Origin: an uncultured Gammaproteobacteria bacterium
GTDB lineage: Bacteria > Patescibacteriota > Patescibacteriia > Magasanikbacterales > GWA2-37-8
Direction of reading: 5' to 3'
NCBI GenBank assembly: GCA_964596525.1
Contig: CAZQUL010000001.1
Location: 12,830 to 76,829, forward strand
DNA length: 64,000 nucleotides
Shown: in pieces, positions 9,395-18,826 of the stretch
Numbering within the stretch: the first letter of the stretch is position 1
Layout: each line of letters starts with the position of its first letter
Position numbers and translations under genes: made by a program
The notes under the pieces: generated by a model
Database searches by the model: none
The model's input: only the letters and a program-made list of their open reading frames with translations
What the model was told of the DNA's origin: nothing

Positions 9395-9865
9395 ATGACG
9401 ACCACCGGATCAACACCGCAGACCCCCTCCCTGGCCGATGAAGTTCGGAACACGAAGCCGGAGATCATCGACATACACAAGCTTGAAGAATGCCATCGTG
9501 ACGACGATGACGACGAATTTACGCTGGATAACGTCATAAATAGTTCGCATGTGCAGGACTGCTTCGCCTGCCTCACCAAGCTCCAGCACATGATCCAGGC
9601 GCATCGAGCCAAGCTTGTCGTTAAAGACTTGGTCCGCCGCGCGAAGCGTGTTCGGGCGGCGGGCATCAACCACATCTGCTCGCTAAAGGCGGCTCGCTTC
9701 TCGAGCGATGACATCGAGTATCACGGGGTGGAAGACTGCGCCACACCCTCAATCCACATGAAGGATGGCTCGCTCATGGAATCAACGGCCAAGGCCCTGC
9801 GTGCCGCTGGATTCACCGTCACCCACGACCAGAACGACCCCAGCAACCTCATCGCCTCCTGGTAG
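9395..9865 (+). CDS. Hypothetical protein
   Basis: Promoter TTGACA(9302)...CATAAT, SD AGGAG, ATG 9395, terminator 9884-9910. Confidence 0.7.
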   Translation: MTTTGSTPQTPSLADEVRNTKPEIIDIHKLEECHRDDDDDEFTLDNVINSSHVQDCFACLTKLQHMIQAHRAKLVVKDLVRRAKRVRAAGINHICSLKAARFSSDDIEYHGVEDCATPSIHMKDGSLMESTAKALRAAGFTVTHDQNDPSNLIASW

Positions 9866-9883
9866 CACCACTCCTTCTCCTCC

Positions 9884-9910
9884 AACCCCTCGTCCTTGAA
9901 CGAGGGGTTT
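9884..9910. terminator. Terminator between convergent genes
   Basis: aacccctcg...cgaggggttt inverted repeat. Confidence 0.7.
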
Positions 9911-9933
9911 GCAATTTAAATCGTTTTAAAAAA

Positions 9934-10542
9934 TTATTCCTTACCTGATACAGTTGCATCTTTCTCATTAACCAACCACTCTCCCAGCTGCGTAAAATGA
10001 TTATGTTCCGCAAAATAATCGAGCAGGTTTTTAAATTCATCATCAGGCATATCACTCAGCGCATACGCATTTGTTGTCATAAACTTAGGAATATACAACC
10101 GCCAGTAGTCGGACATGAGCGGACGTTTAATTTCGCGCGGCTCAAGAGCTAGTTCACCTGCTTCAACAAGCGTAAAAACCCGGCACTCGCCCGGCCCTGT
10201 GGCGTACGCGACGCTTCGCCGCCATGAACACGAACGATCAGAAGCGCCTTCCATCATCTTAAGGATATTTTCGATACCAAGCGTTTTGAGCGAGAATTTT
10301 ACGTGCGTCATCGGAAACCCGCCGAGCGCATGGATGAAAAATCCGGAATCTTCGACTATAACCGGCTCGTTGCACAGCTTAAACGCCTGCATCGCTTTTT
10401 CGCGGGCGATATCGGCCGGATCTTCAGCCCGACTCTCAACCAAATCAGCATCCCATTGTTCAACGGAAATGCCGAATTTTAACAGTGCTTTGTGCGCCTG
10501 CTCGACTTTGCTTGTATTGGAAGTGACGAAGCGTAGTAGCAT
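9934..10542 (-). CDS. Ham1-family non-canonical purine NTP pyrophosphatase
   Basis: FVTSNTSK, IAREKA and VIVEDSGFFIHALGGFP motifs. Confidence 0.9.
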   Translation of the reverse strand: MLLRFVTSNTSKVEQAHKALLKFGISVEQWDADLVESRAEDPADIAREKAMQAFKLCNEPVIVEDSGFFIHALGGFPMTHVKFSLKTLGIENILKMMEGASDRSCSWRRSVAYATGPGECRVFTLVEAGELALEPREIKRPLMSDYWRLYIPKFMTTNAYALSDMPDDEFKNLLDYFAEHNHFTQLGEWLVNEKDATVSGKE

Positions 10543-10616
10543 ACAATATTGACGTTAGTTTATTCTTCTGATACACAACGAACGGTTCTCTCAAACGGTA
10601 TGAAAAGGAGCTCTTC

Positions 10617-11600
10617 ATGACTTACGACCTCGTTATTGTCGGCGGCGGCCCAGCCGGGCTTTCGGCCGCGATCACCGCCGCTTCCGATGGGTTGCGTACC
10701 GCCATTATTGATTCCAAGCAGGGCTGGGGCGGTCAGGCCAAAGAAAGCTCGTTCATCGAAAACTACCCGGGATTTCCACTCGGAGTGAACGGTGGTGAGC
10801 TGATCAGCAAGTTCGTTGCCCAGGCCGGAAAATTCGGCGTCGAGATGCATTGTCCGGTCAAAGTCGTCGGTCTACGGCGCGACGGCGACCGCATCATACT
10901 GACAACGCCAAGTGGGGCACTCGAAACCCGCACGGTCATTCTGGCCGTTGGCCTATCGTATATTCGGCTCGAAGCGCAGAATATCGGCCAGTTTGTCGGT
11001 CGCGGAGTGTGGTATTACAGCACCTTAACCGTTTTGCCGCACGGCCACAATCCATCATATTTCGTCATTGGCGGCGGCAATTCCGCCGGGCAAGCTGCCT
11101 TGCATCTGGCAAAAAATCCGTTCGCAACCGTGAACCTCACGGTGCGTGGATCCACGCTTGACGGCATGTCCGAATACCTGCGGCTCAAAATCGCCGCTGA
11201 AAAAAACATTCGCGTGCGCCTCGCCACCGAGATCATCAAAGTGTGCGGGCACGACGGACTAGAAGAAGTAACTCTCAAAGAGCGGGATAAAACCGAGTCA
11301 TACCAGGAACCCGCGAATGGCGTGTACATCTTTATCGGCGCACAACCCAAGACGTATTGGCTGCGTGAAACCCTCACTCTCGACCGGCGCGGCTATATTG
11401 TTACCGGCTCGGACCTGCGTGATTTGAGCGCGGGAGAGGGGCGTCCACCGCTTGATTTTGAAACGAGCATGTCCGGAGTATTCGCTGCCGGTGACGTACG
11501 CTCAGGTGCAACGAAACGAGTCGTTTCCGCCTGCGGTGCAGGAACGATCGCGGTCCAGATGGTCCGCCGCTATCTAGCCGAAAAAAATTCGGGAATCTAA
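10617..11600 (+). CDS. Thioredoxin-reductase-like FAD oxidoreductase lacking CxxC
   Basis: IVGGGPAGLSAA, IENYPGFP, IGGGNSAG and ETSMSGVFAAGDVRSG motifs; GRGVWYYST replaces the CxxC site. Confidence 0.85.
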   Translation: MTYDLVIVGGGPAGLSAAITAASDGLRTAIIDSKQGWGGQAKESSFIENYPGFPLGVNGGELISKFVAQAGKFGVEMHCPVKVVGLRRDGDRIILTTPSGALETRTVILAVGLSYIRLEAQNIGQFVGRGVWYYSTLTVLPHGHNPSYFVIGGGNSAGQAALHLAKNPFATVNLTVRGSTLDGMSEYLRLKIAAEKNIRVRLATEIIKVCGHDGLEEVTLKERDKTESYQEPANGVYIFIGAQPKTYWLRETLTLDRRGYIVTGSDLRDLSAGEGRPPLDFETSMSGVFAAGDVRSGATKRVVSACGAGTIAVQMVRRYLAEKNSGI

Positions 11601-11649
11601 CCAACCGCAAACAACAGTACCGACGAGATGATCGCCGGTATTTTATTAA

Positions 11650-12285
11650 TCACATTCTTTTTTTGGCAATAAGAGTTTTCAGACGCCCCACCACAGCCGC
11701 ACATTTCTCTTCCACTGTTTCTTTAAGATCCACGTGCCAGTGCCGCGGATGCTGGCGCCACAGCATCGATGTTTTTTGAGCCAACTCCAGAGCTTCTTGA
11801 ATATTTTCACTCAGGTGCAGACTGCTTTTTTGATCGCGGGCATAGAGCTCTGGCACGGTAGCGACGGTTGCCAGTTCGATCACCACGTCGTAACGCCGAT
11901 ACACATCCTCAGGTGTCAGCTTGTAGCGTTCTTTGAATTCTTCCAATCCCCCATGCAGATACGCAGCAGTATCGAGCATCCCGCGATCGCATACGACGAT
12001 CGGCACGCGTGTCCGACGAGCACGGGCGCGCGCGGCTGCTTCAAGTCTCATCTGCCGGGCAATGATAGCATCCTGGAACGCCCAAAGCCGCTTATTCGTT
12101 CCGTCAGGCCGCGGAAATCCATGGTGCAACAAAAAACTTGCCGCCTCGCGTACGATGATCACGTCGCGAGCCGAAAACGCACGGCGTACGGCTTTAAGAA
12201 CGCTGCTTTTTCCGCTTGCCGGACCACCGATAAGCGAAACGACGAATGGTTCAAACGTTTTATTAGAAGTTCGTTTTGACGGCAT
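11650..12285 (-). CDS. P-loop ATPase/kinase (NadR/Ttd14 AAA_28-like)
   Basis: GGPASGKS Walker A and CDRGMLDTAAY motif. Confidence 0.8.
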   Translation of the reverse strand: MPSKRTSNKTFEPFVVSLIGGPASGKSSVLKAVRRAFSARDVIIVREAASFLLHHGFPRPDGTNKRLWAFQDAIIARQMRLEAAARARARRTRVPIVVCDRGMLDTAAYLHGGLEEFKERYKLTPEDVYRRYDVVIELATVATVPELYARDQKSSLHLSENIQEALELAQKTSMLWRQHPRHWHVDLKETVEEKCAAVVGRLKTLIAKKRM

Positions 12286-12343
12286 ACGCACAACTCACAT
12301 GCTCGAGTTTAAAGGATAAATGCACTATACACAAAAGAAGAGC

Positions 12344-14638
12344 CTAGAATGGCTCTTCTCCGGGGAAGGGTTTAGGTTGGAAGGCATCGGGCGCAGGATT
12401 CATCGGGCGACGGGGCGGGCCATTGTGGTCGCGGCGACCACCACCGAAACCGCCAGATCGATCATTGCCGCCGCGACGCGGACCACGATCAAATCCACCA
12501 GACGGAGGCTGGTAGCCTTCAGGTTTGGGCAACAATGCTTTCATACTGAGATTAACGCGGCCGAGATTGTCGATTTCCTTAACAAGCACTTTTACTTTAT
12601 CGCCGATTTTGAGAACATCACTCGGCTTGTTGGTACGGGCCCAGGCAATCTCACTCACATGCACCAGACCGTCTTTGCCGGGAAGCACCTGCACAAAAGC
12701 GCCAAAGTCTTCGAGACGGACAACCGTGCCTTCAAAGGTTTCACCGGGCATGACTTCGCGGACAATGTCTTTGATCCAATTGACCGCTTTTTCCATACCG
12801 ACAGCATCGGTCGACGTAACGTTCACACGACCGTCATCTTCGATGTCGATCGAGACACCGGTTTCGGCGATGATCTTGTTGATCATCTTGCCACCCGGAC
12901 CGATGACTTCGCGGATCTTGTCCGGATCGATCATAATGGTGACGATGCGCGGTGCATACGGGGAGAGTTCGCTCCGGTGCGTCGGCAGGGTGCTTGTCAT
13001 CGCGCTAAGAATCTGAAGGCGCGCGTCGTACGCCGAGCGAAGCGTTTCATTGACGATATCCCACGACAAACCGAGAGTTTTGGTGTCCATCTGGATGGCA
13101 GTAATGCCGTCTTTCGTACCGGCGATCTTGAAATCCATACCGCCCGGCCCGTCTTCGATGTCTTGTAAGTCAGTAATGACGACCGCACGACCAGAGCCAT
13201 TACTCGCGAGACCCATCGCAATACCCGCAACCGGTTTCTTGATCGGTACCCCAGCATCCATAAGCGCAAGAGACGATCCGCAGGTCGAGGCCATCGAGCT
13301 TGAACCGTTCGAGCCTAGCACCTCGGATACGACGCGGATGGCGTACGGAAAATCGGTTTCGGGCGGAAGCACAGGTTCAAGAGCGCGCTCAGCCAAGGCA
13401 CCGTGGCCGATAGCCCGGTTGCCTGGACCACGCAAGGGGCCGGTCTCGCCGTAGGTTGCTGGCGTGTCATTGTAGTGGTGCATGTAACGCTTAGTACCTT
13501 CTTCTTCCATGGTATCGAGCGTTTGCACGTCGCCGGGCGCGCCGAGCGTCACAACGGAAAGTACCTGTGTATCACCACGCATGAAGATAGCTGAACCGTG
13601 CGTGCGCGGCAAAAGCGCGACCTGTGTATCCAAAGCACGGATCTCTTTAACACCGCGGCCATCGAGACGCTGTCCGCCGCTGAGAAGCCGCTCTGTAATA
13701 TACTTTTCGAGGTAAATTTTCACTTTGCCCAAGATGATTTTTTGGGCTGAATCGCTCGCCTCTTTGGCTGCCAAAAGCTCGGCGATCGCGGTTTTGAATT
13801 TGTCGACCATGGCAACTCGTTCGAGTTTGCCTTTTTTAGGCGCATCAAACATCCAATCGTCCACATGGCTGGCAACGAAAGCGTCTACCTCTTGCTCCAA
13901 AGCACGCAACGTTGCCTCGCTTTCACTGAGCTCGTGATCAAGATTCATTTTCGGCCGACCTACTTCGCGCTGGATTGTAGTGATCAGTTCGATAACCGGA
14001 GCCATAGCTCGAGCGCCGAACTGCATGGCTTTAAGCATTTCTTCTTCCGGCACTTCACGCGCACCGGCTTCCACCATGACGAGCTTGTCAGGTGTACCAG
14101 CGATCACCAAATCCAAATCGCTCGTTTCGCGTTCGGCAATGGTTGGGTTGATTTTCCACACACCATCAACACGTCCAACGCGTACGCCGGCCATCGGACC
14201 ATTCCACGGCGCTGGAGAAAGACTCGCAACAAGCGCGGCGGCTATAAGGGCCGGCACCTGCGAATCGTTTTCATTATCAAATGACAAAGCGGTGAGAATC
14301 ACCTGTACATCGTTGCGCAACCGCTGATCGAACAGCGGACGGATAGCACGGTCGACAAGGCGACCAGAAAGGACCGCTTCATCGGTAGGGCGGCCTTCGC
14401 GCTTAATGAAACGACTGCCTTTGATTTTACCGGCAGCGTACAGCTTTTCCTCGAAGTTCACCATGAGCGGAAAGAAATCGAGGCCTTCGCGGACGGTGGA
14501 ACTAACGATAAGCGTAGCTAAAATAACGGTATCGCCATAGCGTACCGTACACGAAGCATGCGCGTTGAGCGCCAGGCGCCCGATTTCTACCGTGAGCGTG
14601 CGGCCAGCCCATTCAATAGACCATTGACGCGGAGTCAT
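12344..14638 (-). CDS. pnp: Polyribonucleotide nucleotidyltransferase
   Basis: RYGDT, FFPLMVNFEEK, SNGSSSMASTCG and DFKIAGT motifs; KH and S1 domains; Gly/Arg-rich tail. Confidence 0.99.
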   Translation of the reverse strand: MTPRQWSIEWAGRTLTVEIGRLALNAHASCTVRYGDTVILATLIVSSTVREGLDFFPLMVNFEEKLYAAGKIKGSRFIKREGRPTDEAVLSGRLVDRAIRPLFDQRLRNDVQVILTALSFDNENDSQVPALIAAALVASLSPAPWNGPMAGVRVGRVDGVWKINPTIAERETSDLDLVIAGTPDKLVMVEAGAREVPEEEMLKAMQFGARAMAPVIELITTIQREVGRPKMNLDHELSESEATLRALEQEVDAFVASHVDDWMFDAPKKGKLERVAMVDKFKTAIAELLAAKEASDSAQKIILGKVKIYLEKYITERLLSGGQRLDGRGVKEIRALDTQVALLPRTHGSAIFMRGDTQVLSVVTLGAPGDVQTLDTMEEEGTKRYMHHYNDTPATYGETGPLRGPGNRAIGHGALAERALEPVLPPETDFPYAIRVVSEVLGSNGSSSMASTCGSSLALMDAGVPIKKPVAGIAMGLASNGSGRAVVITDLQDIEDGPGGMDFKIAGTKDGITAIQMDTKTLGLSWDIVNETLRSAYDARLQILSAMTSTLPTHRSELSPYAPRIVTIMIDPDKIREVIGPGGKMINKIIAETGVSIDIEDDGRVNVTSTDAVGMEKAVNWIKDIVREVMPGETFEGTVVRLEDFGAFVQVLPGKDGLVHVSEIAWARTNKPSDVLKIGDKVKVLVKEIDNLGRVNLSMKALLPKPEGYQPPSGGFDRGPRRGGNDRSGGFGGGRRDHNGPPRRPMNPAPDAFQPKPFPGEEPF

Positions 14639-14653
14639 ACAAAAAAGATTATG

Positions 14654-14709
14654 GTTGGCCCGCAGACCGGAGACCTACGTAGGAGGTCTGTGCGTGTGCG
14701 GACCAGCCG
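14654..14709 (-). promoter_or_regulatory. Long hairpin in the pnp 5' leader
   Basis: ggctggtccgca...agacct-cctacgt-aggtct...tgcgggccaacc inverted repeat just upstream of the ATG. Confidence 0.55.
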
Positions 14710-14770
14710 GAATAAAGTTACTATGCTAACCTTGTCACCTGCTTCCCCAGCCAGATGACAAGGTAACAAA

Positions 14771-15364
14771 CTAACTCAGGGTAGCACCTGCAGTTTTAGC
14801 ATTGTCGTTTTTTGGCCACGGACGGCGTTTGATGGGACGCTGCGGAATGAGGAACTTCGCTTTGTCCAAGCTTAAATCGGTAAAGTCGTCTGACGCTTCG
14901 AGCAGTTTGCCGCTCGTCGTATTACCAAAGGCCATTACTTCCACCTGCTTACCTTGATTGCGCAGATACTCAATAAGCGGCACGTAGTCACCATCACCGC
15001 TGACGAGCACGATCGCGTCAAGGCTCGGCGCCAAGCGGATGGCATCAACAGCAATACCCACGTCCCAATCGGCTTTTTTCTCCCCACCATAAAAGATCTG
15101 GAGCGGCTTGTCTTTGGTTTCGATGCCTTGATTATAGAGCGCATCGAAAAATGGCTGCTCTTCTTTGCTTTCCGTGGAAACTACGTAGGCAATGGCGCGG
15201 ATGAGCTTGCGGCCAGCCGTGGCTTCTTCTACGATGCGGCCGAAATTGACTTTAGCGCCAAAAAGGTTCTTGGCGCTATAGTACATATTCTGAACATCGA
15301 TAAACACCCCGACGCGCTGATCGGGGTGTTTAAGCGGATGATTTTTATCGTTAATGTGCGGCAT
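14771..15364 (-). CDS. NYN domain protein (LabA/DUF88)
   Basis: VFIDVQNMY, KKADWDVGIAVD and LVSGDGDY motifs. Confidence 0.92.
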   Translation of the reverse strand: MPHINDKNHPLKHPDQRVGVFIDVQNMYYSAKNLFGAKVNFGRIVEEATAGRKLIRAIAYVVSTESKEEQPFFDALYNQGIETKDKPLQIFYGGEKKADWDVGIAVDAIRLAPSLDAIVLVSGDGDYVPLIEYLRNQGKQVEVMAFGNTTSGKLLEASDDFTDLSLDKAKFLIPQRPIKRRPWPKNDNAKTAGATLS

Positions 15365-15378
15365 GACGGATTGAAGTA

Positions 15379-15744
15379 CTAGGCGGCGGCTTCAGCCTCT
15401 TTGAGGTTCGGTTCTTCGGCTTCTTCTTCAAGGAGGGCAGCTTCGTCATTGGCAGCACCCGGTTTCTTAACGGTGCGCGCCTGTTTGATTTTGAGTTTTT
15501 TCATGAGCTTTTCGAAGCTCTCGTTGTTTTCCTTCTTGAGATACTGCATGAGATGGCGGCGGCCAGAGACTTTGCGCAAGAGACCGCGACGCGAGGAATG
15601 GTCTTTGGGATGCGTCTTAAGGTGCTCGATCAGCTCTTCGATTTCAGCGGTAAGGATGGCGATCTGGACTTCACTTGAGCCCGTATCACCCTTGTGGGTC
15701 TGGTATTTCTTGATAACTTGCGCTTTCTTTTGGGGGTCTAACAT
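15379..15744 (-). CDS. rpsO: 30S ribosomal protein S15 with acidic C-terminal extension
   Basis: DTGSSEVQIAILT...HPKDHSSRRGLL motif. Confidence 0.98.
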   Translation of the reverse strand: MLDPQKKAQVIKKYQTHKGDTGSSEVQIAILTAEIEELIEHLKTHPKDHSSRRGLLRKVSGRRHLMQYLKKENNESFEKLMKKLKIKQARTVKKPGAANDEAALLEEEAEEPNLKEAEAAA

Positions 15745-15890
15745 ACCTGAATGATGATGATTAAGTTGCGAGCGCTCAAAGGGTATGTGCCTCTGAGGTT
15801 CGTCCCGGAGTCCGGGAAATTAAGGCTCCTTCAGCTTATAAGGTAGTTACTCACTTGTCAAGCGAAAAGGTGTTTCTTGGCCAATTTTGG

Positions 15891-16637
15891 CTAAGAACCG
15901 CCACAGGTTTTAGTATTCATGCCGCAGGTATTACCGTTGACGCAATCGCTATTCGTCGTGCATTTGCGACCCGCACCGCAGGGGCTGCAGACCGTTCCAC
16001 CGCAGTCAGTGTCGCTTTCCAGACCATCTTTTACGCCGTTCGTACAGCTTGAACCGCCCGGCATACAAGAACCGTTCTGGCAGTTGTTTGAAACGCAGTC
16101 TTTGTTCTGGGTGCAGACACGGCCGTCTTTGCAGGCATCGCAGGACCCACCGCAATCGGTGTCGGTTTCGGTACCATCGCGGAGCTTATTGTAACAAGAT
16201 TGCGCGAGCTGGGAACGCGGACCGGTCGTGTTAGCGTCGAGGAGTTCTTGGTTAGGGTCAGTGGGCGGGCGTACCTGCAGACGGTTGATGATAAAGGTGG
16301 AAATGCCGTAGGCACTCAATACTACCACCAAACCAATGACGGACGCGCTCAAAATGGATTTGGCTTTTTCGATATATTCTTCGCGACCGTTGGCTGTCAT
16401 CCAACGCACGCCAGCAAAGAGTACGAGTCCAAAAAAGATGATGCTGAGCGAACCGAGAATGATATTGACGACGGCGCCGATGAGCCCGTAAATATCCTGG
16501 TTTTGATTGTAACCGCTTAACCGAGCGGTATCCTTGAGGCCATAACTCTGTGCGGCCACGTCGGTTACGACACCACTTACTATCAAAAGAGCGAGCAGTC
16601 CGCCTATCAAGCTATAACGCACAAAGCGTGTACGCAT
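15891..16637 (-). CDS. CPR VirB2/TrbC-like pilin with two C-terminal Cys-rich repeats
   Basis: FAGVRWMTANGREEYIEKAKSIL..SVIGL pilin core followed by two C.N..(R/K)DG.E(T/S)DTDCGG..C..C repeats. Confidence 0.8.
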   Translation of the reverse strand: MRTRFVRYSLIGGLLALLIVSGVVTDVAAQSYGLKDTARLSGYNQNQDIYGLIGAVVNIILGSLSIIFFGLVLFAGVRWMTANGREEYIEKAKSILSASVIGLVVVLSAYGISTFIINRLQVRPPTDPNQELLDANTTGPRSQLAQSCYNKLRDGTETDTDCGGSCDACKDGRVCTQNKDCVSNNCQNGSCMPGGSSCTNGVKDGLESDTDCGGTVCSPCGAGRKCTTNSDCVNGNTCGMNTKTCGGS

Positions 16638-16747
16638 ACAATATAAATCTCGAAAGAAACGAGGCCCGAACGCGGTCGCGGGGGCGTACATAGCATAGCA
16701 CAATCTTGCTTCTGAGGTAAAAAATAGCTATAGTGGGAGCGATCTTC

Positions 16748-16819
16748 GGTCCCGTAGTTCAATGGATAGAACGAGAGCCTTCTAAGCTCTAGACCTAGGT
16801 TCGATTCCTAGCGGGACTA
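16748..16819 (+). tRNA. tRNA-Arg(TCT)
   Basis: GGTCCCG/CGGGACT acceptor stem, AGAGC-CTTCTAA-GCTCT anticodon arm, GGTTCGATTCC. Confidence 0.95.
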
Positions 16820-16961
16820 CATAAACAAAGCGTGGGTTCTTAGCAAACAATCCACCAAAAATAATCATCGATTTTTGATAGATTCCTTGACAAAAAGGAT
16901 TTTTTTGGTATACTGAGCGGTCCGACTGACCCCAGACAATTACCGGAAAGGAGGCTTGACT

Positions 16962-17567
16962 ATGAGCATGGAAATGATGATGGGACCACGGCTCGAACAG
17001 CACCAGACGCAGGAGCAGAAGGAAGTACAGCGAATGGAGATGCGGATGCATCTAGCCCAGATCCTGCGCGGCGAGCAGATCAATCCCGAAGCGATCTGTC
17101 CGCAATGCAACCACCGCCTCACGCCAGAGGAGATACTCGCCGGATTCACGCGCGACCCGAACGATTTTACAACGCAATGCCCTCAGACGGACTGCAAACG
17201 ACGCTTCGAAGCCCAGCTCGTTTGGGCGCGCGGAGCCGGTACGCGGGCCGAAGTGACGTTTCTGTGCCCCTCTCAAGCACTCGAACAGCTTAAGGGCCGC
17301 GATCAGCTTTCTCCCGAAACGATCATGCAGAATCACGGACAGGTATACCGCTCCGCCCTCGTGCACTTCGGGTCGCTTAAGGCGGCGTTCAAGGAGAACG
17401 GCGTCGACTATCTCTTCGATGAAATCGACGGGTGGAAGAGCAAAATCGAGCCGTTCCTCGGCTCGATGCCTGACACGATTATCGCCGAGTGCTGCGGTGT
17501 ATCGGTCGACCGTATCCGTCGGCTGCGCACCAAACTGTGCATCCGACCGTTCAATTTCAGATCCTAA
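16962..17567 (+). CDS. Zn-ribbon/HTH protein with a sigma54 region-I-like N-terminus
   Basis: MGPRLEQHQTQEQ N-terminus, CPQC...CPQTDC, C-terminal MPDTIIAECCGVSVDRIRRLRTKLCI; promoter TTGACA(16887)/TATACT(16909) and SD AAGGAGG. Confidence 0.75.
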   Translation: MSMEMMMGPRLEQHQTQEQKEVQRMEMRMHLAQILRGEQINPEAICPQCNHRLTPEEILAGFTRDPNDFTTQCPQTDCKRRFEAQLVWARGAGTRAEVTFLCPSQALEQLKGRDQLSPETIMQNHGQVYRSALVHFGSLKAAFKENGVDYLFDEIDGWKSKIEPFLGSMPDTIIAECCGVSVDRIRRLRTKLCIRPFNFRS

Positions 17568-17666
17568 GGACACCCTCTCTACCCTGGCTTTTGGCCGGGG
17601 TTTAAAAAGCTCATTTTTCCCTTGACGAAAGAAAAAAAGCTCGTTACAATGGCACCTGATATATGT

Positions 17667-17739
17667 GGTGGCCATGGTATAATGGTTATTACGCGAGATT
17701 GTGGCTCTCGCAATACGGGTTCGATTCCCGTTGGTCACC
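17667..17739 (+). tRNA. tRNA-His(GTG)
   Basis: G-1 plus GTGGCCA/TGGTCAC stem, CGAGA-TTGTGGC-TCTCG anticodon arm, discriminator C. Confidence 0.95.
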
Positions 17740-17911
17740 CCTACGAAAGGAAAACCATGCCGAAATATGGCATGGTTTTCTGATTATCGGCGTTTTTTCT
17801 CCTATTACCAGTTGACAAAAACTAATTTTTTGGTTACTATCACACGTTACTAACCGCGCCTGAACTGTGCGGGATATGCTCTGTTTAGAACCCACAACCA
17901 CGAGGTGCCGT

Positions 17912-18226
17912 ATGAGCGATGTGCAGCTTGACTACGAATTCGACTCCCGCAACCCCCGCAACATCGGCCTGAGCATCTTTGAGAATAATCACTACGACAA
18001 TAGTCTGAAGACGATGACTGAGCTCGCCGAGAGACTCAAGGCGCTCGTGTCCTTCCCCCACGTTATTGATATCGAGCCACGAATCCGGGTACTGAGTGGT
18101 CCGCGGCATAAAGGCAGGTACGGCATCTTGATGTGGATCACCCTCACGGATATTTCTGCTGAGGAAGCCCGGACGGCTCTCCAAGCGAAAGGCTTCAACA
18201 AGGGCCTACCACCCTGCATCTTCTAA
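17912..18226 (+). CDS. Hypothetical protein
   Basis: Promoter TTGACA(17812), SD GAGGT, start MSDVQ. Confidence 0.65.
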   Translation: MSDVQLDYEFDSRNPRNIGLSIFENNHYDNSLKTMTELAERLKALVSFPHVIDIEPRIRVLSGPRHKGRYGILMWITLTDISAEEARTALQAKGFNKGLPPCIF

Positions 18227-18283
18227 AGAGCCTCTCTCTCACCACCGAGCGCTCACGAGCACACACCGCCCCTCCGGGCGGTT

Positions 18284-18706
18284 TTATGATTGCGGACGGA
18301 TCTCAAACGCTTCATGCACCGCTTCGATCATTTTAGTATACAGAGGTTCATGGAGGAAATTTCCTGGCACATGCAAGCATTCGCGATCCGGAAACACCCG
18401 CTTGAACTCATCGCGTACGCGGTTTTTTATTTCTTCGGGCGCTACGGTGATAAGCTCAGCACAACCGGCCGATTCCCAGATCGTACGGGTTTTATGCGCA
18501 CCGGAACGGAGATGTTCTTGGGTTTCATGTTCCCACTCTTGCGTATTGTTGACAGACTGCCAACGGGATTCATGGTCACTATAGCGCGCTTTAGGATGGA
18601 CTTCGGTATTGAGGCGCGTATAAGAATTTTTTCCATCGACGCGAAACCAGGCGGACTCGTGGGTGTTGGTAGCCCATACTAAGATGGGATAACTTAGCGG
18701 TTTCAT
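18284..18706 (-). CDS. Host-attachment/baeRF-like protein
   Basis: 140 aa; ILVWATN...A.W, RYSDHE and LITVAPEE pattern typical of the host-attachment (eRF1-like) family. Confidence 0.6.
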   Translation of the reverse strand: MKPLSYPILVWATNTHESAWFRVDGKNSYTRLNTEVHPKARYSDHESRWQSVNNTQEWEHETQEHLRSGAHKTRTIWESAGCAELITVAPEEIKNRVRDEFKRVFPDRECLHVPGNFLHEPLYTKMIEAVHEAFEIRPQS

Positions 18707-18826
18707 AGGCGTAGAATTAAGACTTATAGAGGTACGATACCACTTTGGACAAATGATGCAGAGCGCGGGTGAGGATTTTTAAACCAAAAGCAGACCGTGA
18801 GGTCCGCTTTCTTTTTATCTATTTAT

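Noticed and set aside
12320-13168. 282-aa plus-strand ORF, and similar ORFs opposite leuS, the TrpF-like gene and the TSP3 genes
   Set aside because: Antisense to well-supported genes.
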